DNA from: Candidatus Sysuimicrobiota bacterium
GTDB lineage: Bacteria; Sysuimicrobiota; Sysuimicrobiia; Sysuimicrobiales; Sysuimicrobiaceae
DNA length: 64,000 bases
Assembly: GCA_040289515.1 (NCBI GenBank)
Contig: PSLI01000006.1
Location: 2,729 to 66,728, forward strand
Direction: 5' to 3'
Below, piece by piece: positions 38,336 through 46,399 of the stretch; the stretch's first letter is position 1, and each line of letters starts with the position of its first letter. A program made the position numbers and the translations under genes. The notes beneath the pieces are model-generated. The model saw nothing but the letters and a program-made list of their open reading frames with translations, made no database searches and was not told the DNA's origin.

Positions 38336-39067
38336 ATGGAGCTTCGGCCTGCCCGGGTGGCCCTGTTCGTCACCTGCCTGGTGGACCAGTTCGCACCGGA
38401 GGTGGCTGCCTGCACCCTGCGCGTACTGAAGCGCGTGGGGCTGCGGCCGGCCGTGCCCGAGGGCCAGACGTGTTGTGGCCAGCCCCTCCTCAACGACGGA
38501 TTCCCCCGCCAGGCCGCGGCGGTGGCCCGGCGCTTCCTGAGGACGTTCGAGCCCTTCGACGCGATCGTGACGCCCTCCGGCTCCTGCGCCAGCACGGTGC
38601 GGGAGTTCTACCCGCAGCTACTGGCGGGCAGTCCCGAACACGCCCAGGCGGAGGCTGTGGCCGGCCGCATGTACGAGCTGTCGGAGTTCCTGGTGCGGGT
38701 GCTTGGGGTCGAGGAGGTAGGTGCGCGCTTCCCGCACCGGGTGGCCTTCCACCCATCCTGCCACCAGCTGAGGGCTCTGCGGGCCGCGGACTGCACGCGG
38801 ACCCTCCTGCGGCGGGTCGAGGGTCTGGAGCTGGTGGACCTGCACCACCCGGAGGCGTGCTGTGGGTTCGGGGGTGTGTTTTCGGTGAAGTTCCCCGAGG
38901 TGTCGGAAGCCATGCTGCACGACAAGGTAGAGGACGTACGCCGCACCGCCGCGGAGGTCCTGGCCTCCGCGGACCTGGGCTGCCTGTTGCACCTGCGGGC
39001 CGGCCTTCGCAGGAGAGGTGAGCCCGTCCGGTGCCTGCACGTGGCGGAGGTATTGGCTGCGCCGTGA
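38336..39067 (+). CDS. lutA: Lactate utilization protein A (CCG-domain Fe-S protein)
   Basis: 'LFVTCLVD', 'QTCCGQP', 'SGSC', 'HPSCH', 'CCGFGGVFSVK', 'DLGCLLH'. Confidence 0.9.
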   Translation: MELRPARVALFVTCLVDQFAPEVAACTLRVLKRVGLRPAVPEGQTCCGQPLLNDGFPRQAAAVARRFLRTFEPFDAIVTPSGSCASTVREFYPQLLAGSPEHAQAEAVAGRMYELSEFLVRVLGVEEVGARFPHRVAFHPSCHQLRALRAADCTRTLLRRVEGLELVDLHHPEACCGFGGVFSVKFPEVSEAMLHDKVEDVRRTAAEVLASADLGCLLHLRAGLRRRGEPVRCLHVAEVLAAP

Positions 39068-40443
39068 CGCCCACCGCGGCCGCTTTCCGGGATCGCAGCG
39101 CCCGCGCGGTGCAGGACCCTGCCCTGCGGGAGGCCATCCGCCGCGTGACCGGCCACCTGGGGGGGCGGCGCGCACAGGTGACCGCTGAGCTCCCGCACTT
39201 CGATACCCTCCGGGAGCGAGCCAAGCACATCAAGCAGCACACCCTGGCACACCTGGACCGCTACCTGGAGCAGTTGGAGCACCAGGTACGGGCCCGGGGC
39301 GGCCACGTGCACTGGGCGCGAGACGCGGAGGAGGCCGCGGCGTGCGTGGTGCGCATCTGTCAGCAGGGGCAGGCCAAGCGGGTCGCCAAGAGCAAGTCCA
39401 TGGTTACGGAGGAGGTGGAGCTGAACCGGGCCCTGGAAGAAGCGGGGATGGAGGTGGTGGAGACCGACCTGGGCGAGTTCGTGGTGCAGATCAGCGGGGA
39501 CCGCCCCTCGCACCTGATCGCGCCCATCATCCACAAGCGGCGGGAGGAGGTGGCGGAGCTGTTCTCCCGCCACCTGGGGACCCCTCCGGACGCGCCGGTA
39601 CCGGTCCTCACCGCCGCAGCCCGCGCCCACCTGCGCCAGACCTTTCTGCGGGCGGACGTGGGGATCACCGGTGCCAACTTCCTGGTGGCGGAGACGGGGA
39701 CGGTGGTGCTGGTAGAGAACGAGGGCAACGCCCGGATGGTGACCAGCCTGCCGCGAATCTACGTGGCCGTGGCTGGTATCGAGAAGGTGATCCCGCGCCT
39801 GTCGGACCTCGCGGTGTTTCTGCCCCTGCTGGTGCGCAGCGCCACCGGGCAGAGGCTGTCCGCGTACGTTTCCCTCCTGTCCGGGCCCCGCGGGCCCGCA
39901 GAGCAGGACGGTCCGGACGGTTTCCACCTGGTGCTGGTAGACAACGGCCGCACCGGGGTGCTGGCGGACCCGCAGCTGCGGGAGGCGCTCGAGTGCGTGC
40001 GCTGCAGCGCCTGCCTGAACGTGTGTCCGGTCTACGAGCGGGCCGGCGGGCACGCGTACGGTTCCGTGTATTCCGGCCCCATCGGGGCCGTGGTTACCCC
40101 GGCCCTCACCGGTGGCGGGGGGCTGCTGGATCTGCCCTTCGCCTCCACCCTGTGCGGTGCGTGCCGGGAGGTGTGCCCTTTGCGCATCGACATCCCCCGC
40201 ATGCTGGTGGCGCTCCGCATGCGGGCCCAACAGGCGCCGCAGGCCCGGTGGGAGCGCGGGGTGGCAGGGCTGGCTGCGTGGGTGCTGTGCCACCCCACCG
40301 CATACCGGTGGGCTTCTCTGGTCGCCCGCGGGCTGCAGCCCGTGGTGCGCTTCCTGCCGATCCGCCCCCTGCGGGCGTGGGCCCGCGGCCGGGAGCTGCC
40401 GCGGCTGAGCCGTAGGCCGTTTCACCGGACGGTGGCGCGGTGA
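39064..40443 (+). CDS. lutB: Lactate utilization protein B (Fe-S)
   Basis: 'KSKSMVTEE', 'ETDLGE', 'ENEGN', 'CVRCSACLNVCPVY', 'LCGACREVCP'. Confidence 0.93.
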   Translation: MTPTAAAFRDRSARAVQDPALREAIRRVTGHLGGRRAQVTAELPHFDTLRERAKHIKQHTLAHLDRYLEQLEHQVRARGGHVHWARDAEEAAACVVRICQQGQAKRVAKSKSMVTEEVELNRALEEAGMEVVETDLGEFVVQISGDRPSHLIAPIIHKRREEVAELFSRHLGTPPDAPVPVLTAAARAHLRQTFLRADVGITGANFLVAETGTVVLVENEGNARMVTSLPRIYVAVAGIEKVIPRLSDLAVFLPLLVRSATGQRLSAYVSLLSGPRGPAEQDGPDGFHLVLVDNGRTGVLADPQLREALECVRCSACLNVCPVYERAGGHAYGSVYSGPIGAVVTPALTGGGGLLDLPFASTLCGACREVCPLRIDIPRMLVALRMRAQQAPQARWERGVAGLAAWVLCHPTAYRWASLVARGLQPVVRFLPIRPLRAWARGRELPRLSRRPFHRTVAR

Positions 40444-41081
40444 GCAGCCGCCAGGCGATCCTGGACGCCATCCGCAGGGCCACGGGGGCCCGGGGACCGG
40501 AGCTGGTACCGCCCGGTCCGCCCCCGGAGGCTGCGGAGTACCGGCACGCGCTTGCCCGGGATCGGGTGGACGTGTTCGTCCGACGCCTGGAGGAGCTGGG
40601 AGTGTACGTGCACCGGCTGGAAGCTGCGGACGGGCTCGTGGCCGTAGTGGCCCGGCTGTGCGAGGGCCGACGCACGTACGTGGAGCCGGCTCTGCAGAAG
40701 CTGCGGGAGGCCCTGGCGGAGGTGGGGGTGCCCGTGGTGGGCTGGGAGGATCTGGCGGAGGCGGAAGTGGGCGTGACCGGCGCGGACTACGCGGTGGCGG
40801 AGTCCGGGACCCTGGTGCTGCTTGCTCGGCCGGACCGGCCTCGGTCCGGCTCCCTGCTCCCGCCCGTGCACGTGGCGGTGGTGGGCGAGGACCGGGTGCT
40901 CGCGGACCTGTTCGACCTGGTAGAGCACCTCCGGGGAACGTCAGGCACGGTGGTGCTGGCCAGCGGGCCCAGCCGCTCCGCGGACATCGAGATGAGTCTG
41001 GCGGTGGGCGTGCACGGCCCGGGGGTGGTGCACGTGGTCCTTTTGCCCGGGCAGGAGGGAGCTGCGGGTCCGGCTAAGTAG
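40440..41081 (+). CDS. lutC: Lactate utilization protein C (LUD domain)
   Basis: 'AESGT', 'SLLPPVH', 'SGPSRSADIEM...GVHGP'. Confidence 0.9.
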   Translation: MSSRQAILDAIRRATGARGPELVPPGPPPEAAEYRHALARDRVDVFVRRLEELGVYVHRLEAADGLVAVVARLCEGRRTYVEPALQKLREALAEVGVPVVGWEDLAEAEVGVTGADYAVAESGTLVLLARPDRPRSGSLLPPVHVAVVGEDRVLADLFDLVEHLRGTSGTVVLASGPSRSADIEMSLAVGVHGPGVVHVVLLPGQEGAAGPAK

Positions 41082-41129
41082 AAGGCGCGGTCGGAGTCCC
41101 CCGAGCGGCGCGGCGGATAAGGAGGCATC

Positions 41130-42506
41130 GTGAGTGACCGGTTGAGCCGGATGCTGGCCGAGTACGCGGTGGCTGTGCAATGGGAGCAGCTGCCCGAGCC
41201 CACGGTGCACGAGGTGAAGCGAAGGGTTCTGGACAGCCTGGGGGTGGCTTTGGCAGCGTTCGCGGAGCCCGCGCCGAAGGCCGCCCGGGGGTACGCGTAC
41301 CACTGGCCGCTGGAGCGGGGTGCTAGCCTGTGGGGTACCGTTTTCACCGCACCTCCAGAGGTTGCCGCCTTCGCCAACGGGGTGATGGTGCGGTACCTGG
41401 ACTTCAACGACACGTACTTGTCGCGGGAACCTCTGCACCCCAGCGACACCATCGCGGCCCTGTGGGCTCTGGCGGAGTGGCGGGAGCTGCCCTGCCGGGA
41501 GTTTCTGCTGTCGGTGGCGGTGGCCTACGAGGTGGGCGTCAGCCTCTGCGACGCTGCCAGCCTGCGCCCGTGGGGCTGGGACCACGTGAACTACATCGGG
41601 GTGGCCACCGCGGCCGCCGCGAGCCGGCTGCTGGGGCTGTCCGTGGAGGAGGTGGAGCACGCCATCAGCCTGACCTGTGTGCCCCACGCGGCCATGCGGC
41701 AAACGCGGGCCGGGGAGCTATCCATGTGGAAGGGGGCCGCGGCGGCCAACGCGGCACGGCACGGGGTGTTCGGGGCGCTGCTGGCGGAAGCAGGCATGAC
41801 GGGCCCACACCAGCCCTTCGAAGGCGAGATGGGGTTCATCCGGCAGCTGCTGGGAGGCGAGGGGTTCCAGCTGGAGGCGCTGCAAGGCCTCCGGGAAAAG
41901 CGTCCTCCCCACCGCATCCTGGACACCTACATCAAGTACTGGCCTGTGGAGTACCACGCCCAGAGCGCCGTGGACGCCGCGCTCCAGCTGCGGGCGGAGG
42001 TTCAGGACCCCGACCGGATCGCGTCCGTGCGGATCTTCACCTTCCGCGCGGCGTACGAGATCATCGCCAAGGACCCGGAGAAGTGGCAGCCCAACACCCG
42101 CGAAACCGCGGACCACTCCCTGCCGTACATCGTGTGGGTGGCTTTGCTGGACGGGCGGGTGGACCGGTCCTCCTTCTCCCCGGCACGGTTCACCGACCCG
42201 AAGATCCGCCGGATGCTGACCGACCGCACCCAGCTGGAGCAGGACCCGGAGCTCACCGCGGGCTATCCGGATGGTATTCCCAACCGCATCGAGGTCCACA
42301 CCCGTGACGGCCAAGTCCTGGCCCGGGAGGTGCGCTACCCCCGGGGCCACGCCAAGAACCCCCTGAGCGACGCGGAAGTGGTGGAGAAGTTCCGTGCCAA
42401 CGTGGCGGGGGTGCTGTCGGCGCAGCAGGCCCAGCGGCTGCTGGACGCCGTGTGGACCCTGGAGGACCGAAGCCTGCGGGAGGTGGCGGGGCTGCTGCGC
42501 CTGTAG
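41130..42506 (+). CDS. prpD: 2-methylcitrate dehydratase (MmgE/PrpD)
   Basis: 'RYLDFNDT', 'HPSD', 'GWDH', 'SMWKG', 'ETADHSLPY'; clustered with prpB/prpC. Confidence 0.9.
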   Translation: MSDRLSRMLAEYAVAVQWEQLPEPTVHEVKRRVLDSLGVALAAFAEPAPKAARGYAYHWPLERGASLWGTVFTAPPEVAAFANGVMVRYLDFNDTYLSREPLHPSDTIAALWALAEWRELPCREFLLSVAVAYEVGVSLCDAASLRPWGWDHVNYIGVATAAAASRLLGLSVEEVEHAISLTCVPHAAMRQTRAGELSMWKGAAAANAARHGVFGALLAEAGMTGPHQPFEGEMGFIRQLLGGEGFQLEALQGLREKRPPHRILDTYIKYWPVEYHAQSAVDAALQLRAEVQDPDRIASVRIFTFRAAYEIIAKDPEKWQPNTRETADHSLPYIVWVALLDGRVDRSSFSPARFTDPKIRRMLTDRTQLEQDPELTAGYPDGIPNRIEVHTRDGQVLAREVRYPRGHAKNPLSDAEVVEKFRANVAGVLSAQQAQRLLDAVWTLEDRSLREVAGLLRL

Positions 42507-42525
42507 GCGGTACCGGAGGGGCACG

Positions 42526-43440
42526 TTGAGCGCTTGGCTTTTGGAACCCGCGCCGCAGGAGGCTCCGGGGCTCGTGCTCCGGCGGCTGCTGGAGCGCGAG
42601 GCGGTGGTGGTGGCCCCAGGGGTGTTCAGCCCCCTGGCCGCGGTGGTGGCCCGCCGGGTAGGGTTCGAGGCCCTGTACGTATCCGGAGCGACCTTCTCTG
42701 CCAGCCTGGCGCTGCCCGACCTCGGGGTGTTTACCCTCACGGAGTTGGCAGACTTCGTGCGGCGCACGTACCGGGCCTGCGGGCTGCCCCTGGTGGTGGA
42801 CGCAGATGTGGGGTTCGGGGAAACTCTCAACGTGGTGGCCGCGGTGCGGGAGCTGGAGTGGGCGGGTGCGGCTGCCGTCCAACTGGAGGACCAGCCCATG
42901 CCCAAGAAGTGCGGACACCTGGCCGGCAAGTCCGTGGTCCCGCCGGACGAGATGGCGCGGAAGGTGGCCGCCGCGGCCTCAGCCCGCGCCCACGCCCTCA
43001 TCGTGGCCCGTACGGACGCCCGAGCGGTGGAGGGCCTGGACGGGGCGGTACGGAGGGCGCTGCTGTACCGGGAGGCGGGTGCCGACGTGATCTTTCCCGA
43101 GGCCCTGGAGTCGGAGGCGGAGTTCTCGGAGTTCGCGCGAAGGGTGGGTGGCTGGCTGGTGGCCAACATGACGGAGTTCGGCCGCAGCCCGAACCTGCCG
43201 GCCCGCCGACTGGGGGAGCTGGGGTACAAGCTGGTGATCTTCCCCGTGACCGCCCTGCGGGCTGCCATGAGGGCGGTGGAGGAGGTCCTGCAGATCCTCC
43301 ACCGGGAGGGCACCCAGGCAGGGGTTCTGGACCGGCTGCAGACGCGGGCGGAGCTGTATGACCGCATCGGCTACCACTGTTATGAGGCGTGGGACGCGGA
43401 GCTGGCGCGCAGGTTCCGGCAAGGAGGCGATCCGGCATGA
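42526..43440 (+). CDS. prpB: 2-methylisocitrate lyase
   Basis: 'KKCGH', 'ARTD', 'ANMTEFG'; TTG start after GGAGG. Confidence 0.92.
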   Translation: MSAWLLEPAPQEAPGLVLRRLLEREAVVVAPGVFSPLAAVVARRVGFEALYVSGATFSASLALPDLGVFTLTELADFVRRTYRACGLPLVVDADVGFGETLNVVAAVRELEWAGAAAVQLEDQPMPKKCGHLAGKSVVPPDEMARKVAAAASARAHALIVARTDARAVEGLDGAVRRALLYREAGADVIFPEALESEAEFSEFARRVGGWLVANMTEFGRSPNLPARRLGELGYKLVIFPVTALRAAMRAVEEVLQILHREGTQAGVLDRLQTRAELYDRIGYHCYEAWDAELARRFRQGGDPA

Positions 43441-44567
43441 CGCAGGCAAGCTACAGCCCCGGGTTGGAGGGGGTCATCGCTACCAGCACGTCCATCTCCT
43501 ACCTGGATACCGAACACGAACAGATCGTCCTGCGGGGCTACGACCTCATCGAGCTGGCGCGTCGCAAGCGCTACACGGAGGTGGCGTACCTGACCCTGTA
43601 CGGAAAGCTGCCCAGTGGGGCGGAGCTGGAGGCCTTCGAAGGGCAGCTGCGGGAACACGCACAGCTTCCGGAGCCCGCGGAGCGCCTGCTGGACATCCTC
43701 CCACCCCGCATGCACGTCATGGACGCGCAGCGCACGGTGCTGTCCTTCCTGGCCGGCCTGGAGGACCCGAGGGAGCTCCAGGATACATCCTTCGAGGCCA
43801 ACCTCCGGAAGGGCGTGCGGGTGCTGGCCCGCATGCCGGCTCTCACCGCCAACGCCTACCGGGCCCTGCGGGGGCTACCGCGCGTGCAGCCGGACCCGTC
43901 CTTGGGCTTCTCGGAGGGGTTCCTGTACCTGCTCTTGGGCCACCGTCCGGACCCTAACGCGGCCCGGGTGTTCGACCTGACCCTTACGTGTTACATCGAG
44001 CATGAGATGCCCAACTCCACCTTCGCGGCTCGGGTCATCGCCTCCACCTTGTCCGACCTGTACGGGGCCCTGGTGGGGGCCGCGGCGTCCTTGAAGGGGC
44101 CCCTGCACGGGGGGGCCAACGAGGCGGTGGCCCACACGCTGCTGGAGATCCTGCAGCAGGGCGGCGCAGACGCGGCGGAGGGGTACGTGCTGGAGCGGCT
44201 GCGCCGGGGCGAGCGGATCATGGGCTTTGGCCACCGGGTATACATGCGTCGGTACGACCCCCGGGCCCTCCTGATGCGGGAGTTCCTGCCGGCCCTGGCA
44301 GCCCGCCGGCCGGAGGGGGAGGAGCTGGTGCGCATCCACGGCATCGTGGAGCGGGTCATGCACCGGGAGAAGGGCCTGTACCCTAACGCGGACTACCCCG
44401 CGGGGCTGATCTACTACCTGTTGGGGATCCCCATCGAGCTGTACACCCCCATCTTCCTGGTGGCGCGGACCGCGGGGCTGGTCGCCCACGTGACCGAGCA
44501 GCAGGCTCACAACCGGCTGTTCCGGCCCAGGGTGCTGTACGAGGGACCCCGGGGCCTGCATCCGTAG
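43437..44567 (+). CDS. prpC: 2-methylcitrate/citrate synthase
   Basis: 'YSPGLEGV', 'EHEMPNSTF', 'GPLHGGANE', 'GFGHRVY', 'PNAD'. Confidence 0.9.
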   Translation: MTQASYSPGLEGVIATSTSISYLDTEHEQIVLRGYDLIELARRKRYTEVAYLTLYGKLPSGAELEAFEGQLREHAQLPEPAERLLDILPPRMHVMDAQRTVLSFLAGLEDPRELQDTSFEANLRKGVRVLARMPALTANAYRALRGLPRVQPDPSLGFSEGFLYLLLGHRPDPNAARVFDLTLTCYIEHEMPNSTFAARVIASTLSDLYGALVGAAASLKGPLHGGANEAVAHTLLEILQQGGADAAEGYVLERLRRGERIMGFGHRVYMRRYDPRALLMREFLPALAARRPEGEELVRIHGIVERVMHREKGLYPNADYPAGLIYYLLGIPIELYTPIFLVARTAGLVAHVTEQQAHNRLFRPRVLYEGPRGLHP

Positions 44568-44577
44568 CAGGTCCCCC

Positions 44578-45252
44578 CTACCACCAGGCGTCCGTGGCGG
44601 GCCCGTACAGCTCCCGCAGAGCGCGGCGGTCCAGGGGCCGCCGGCTTTCCTTCCATCGCAGGTAACGGTCCAGGACCTCCCGGTGCCGCCGCTCGGACGT
44701 GCGCAGGCACCGGTGGGGCATGCGCAAAAGCGCCCGTTCCACCTCCCACACATCCCCCTCCGACAGGCGCCAATCGACCCGTACCAGTTCGTCCAGGTCC
44801 GCCAGTGCGTAGCCCACGAGGCGGCCCGACCCGTCCACATACGGGTCCACGTAGCTGTCCACCAGGTCCCGGAGGGTTCGGAAAACGGGCCGCCGGCCGT
44901 GCAGATCCACATCCCGGGATTTGGCCCCCGCGCCCCACCGGCCGCAGGACCGGAACACGAACACCACGTGGTCCAGCCCGTCCTCCGACTCCAAATCCAG
45001 CACCCACGGCGGGTAGCCGTGTTGGTCCAGGATGGCCGCGGCGGCCAGCACCGCTTCCAGGCAGCGCGCCCGGCCCGCGCGCACCATACCCCGGAAGGAG
45101 CGCAGGGTGGGGCCGCGACGCTCCCCGTTGTACGGCAGCGAGCGCAGCCACCCCTGGACCCGGTACGGCGTGGTGCAGACCTCCACCACCGCCCGCTCTC
45201 GGGGCGTCAGATCCTCCGGAGGAGGTGTTCGGCGAAGGTTCCTTGCCGGCAC
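44578..45252 (-). CDS. Vasohibin-like transglutaminase-fold cysteine protease (putative)
   Basis: 'VQGWLRSLPYN', 'RCLEAV', 'DHVV', 'GRWGA..KSR..DL', 'PVFRTLRDLV..Y' follow the conserved vasohibin blocks in order. Confidence 0.7.
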   Translation of the reverse strand: MPARNLRRTPPPEDLTPRERAVVEVCTTPYRVQGWLRSLPYNGERRGPTLRSFRGMVRAGRARCLEAVLAAAAILDQHGYPPWVLDLESEDGLDHVVFVFRSCGRWGAGAKSRDVDLHGRRPVFRTLRDLVDSYVDPYVDGSGRLVGYALADLDELVRVDWRLSEGDVWEVERALLRMPHRCLRTSERRHREVLDRYLRWKESRRPLDRRALRELYGPATDAWW

Positions 45253-45272
45253 AGCGCTGCTCTAGATAGAAT
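45243..45272 (+). promoter_or_regulatory. sigma70-type promoter for the Fur-family gene
   Basis: TTGCCG-N18-TAGAAT with only 11 nt to the ATG (near-leaderless). Confidence 0.5.
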
Positions 45273-45283
45273 ACTACCTGCGA

Positions 45284-45769
45284 ATGAGTCTCCAGAGCTA
45301 CGAGTTCGCCCTGCTGCGACGGCGCCTGGTACGGGCGGGCTACCGTCTCACCCCCCAGCGCTGGACCGTGTGGGCGGCCCTCCGGGAGCTGGGCGATCAC
45401 CCCACGGCGGAACGCCTATACCGGCGGGTGCAGCGCAGCCACCCCATGGTCAGCCGGGCCACGGTGTACAAGACCCTGGATCTGCTGGTCCGGGTGGGGC
45501 TGTTGAGCCCCCTGCCGGCCGCGGATGGCGTCACCCGGTTCGACGCGGGCCAGCCCCATGTGAACCTGGAGTGCGTCCGCTGCGGTCGCATCGAGGACGT
45601 CCAGGACCCAGGGCTGCTGGCCAGCCTTCGGCGTCTGGTGCGGCGGCGGCGGTTCCGGCTGAGCCTCAGCCTGCTGGTGCGGGGGATCTGCGGGCGGTGC
45701 GACGAACCCCCCAGCCCGCGCGGCGGGGCGGACTCGAAATCCCACGAAGGGAGGAAGCGACATGGGTGA
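45284..45769 (+). CDS. Fur-family repressor, PerR-like
   Basis: 'RLTPQR', 'HPTAE', 'SRATVYKTL', CxxC...CxxC Zn site; coupled to a ferritin-like gene. Confidence 0.9.
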   Translation: MSLQSYEFALLRRRLVRAGYRLTPQRWTVWAALRELGDHPTAERLYRRVQRSHPMVSRATVYKTLDLLVRVGLLSPLPAADGVTRFDAGQPHVNLECVRCGRIEDVQDPGLLASLRRLVRRRRFRLSLSLLVRGICGRCDEPPSPRGGADSKSHEGRKRHG

Positions 45770-46256
45770 AAAGGGCCGGAGCATCGTGGACCTGAACGTG
45801 GACGAGCTGGTCGGCGAGCTGCGCAAGGCCTACCTGGACGAGTTGCTGGCCTTCTACTCCTACTGGATCACCGCGCGGGTGGCGGAGGGCTGGCACGGGG
45901 AGGAGCTGGTGGAGCACTTCGAGGAGGAGGCGAAGGGCGAGTTGGGGCACGCGGGCAAGCTGGCTCGGCGCATCGTGGAGCTGGGAGGCGATCCGGTGGT
46001 GCACCCCAAGGACTGGGAGGCGGGCGCCAACGGACCGTGGACCGCGCCCCGGGCGGACTGGAGCGACGCGGACGGCATGGTGGAGGACCAGATCCGGGCG
46101 GAGCGCAACGCCATCGAGGCGTACAACCGCCTGGCCAAGCTCACCTTCGGCAAGGACCCCGTCACGTACCAGCTGGCCACCGAGCTGCTGGCTGACGAGG
46201 TCCGGCACGAGGAGTTCCTGGAGAACCTCCTTGGGCGGCGCCACCGCGGGCGCTGA
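45762..46256 (+). CDS. Ferritin-like / Dps-like (DPSL) protein
   Basis: Di-iron motifs 'DE', 'ELGH', 'RIVELGG', 'AERNAI', 'DEVRHE'. Confidence 0.88.
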   Translation: MGEKGRSIVDLNVDELVGELRKAYLDELLAFYSYWITARVAEGWHGEELVEHFEEEAKGELGHAGKLARRIVELGGDPVVHPKDWEAGANGPWTAPRADWSDADGMVEDQIRAERNAIEAYNRLAKLTFGKDPVTYQLATELLADEVRHEEFLENLLGRRHRGR

Positions 46257-46263
46257 ACACCAT

Positions 46264-46280
46264 CTGGCACGGCGTTTGCC
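46264..46280 (+). promoter_or_regulatory. sigma-54 (-24/-12) promoter
   Basis: CTGGCACGGCGTTTGCC matches YTGGCACG-N4-TTGC with exact GG/GC spacing, in an intergenic position. Confidence 0.6.
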
Positions 46281-46399
46281 CCAAAGTCCTGGGCAGACCG
46301 CGCGGCAGGGGATCGAGGGCACCGTCCCGAACACTCCGTTTCGGGCCGACCAGAATAACCACCCTGCCCGGGAGGGCAAAAAGGAGCGTAGACGCAGCC

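Noticed and set aside
22006-44567. Integrative element at tmRNA
   Set aside because: I found no integrase, transposase or duplicated tmRNA 3' end; island status is unproven
46372-46399. c-di-GMP-I or c-di-AMP riboswitch before the amidase
   Set aside because: Only GGGCAAA...GACGCA fragments; no P2 stem/GNRA or ydaO consensus
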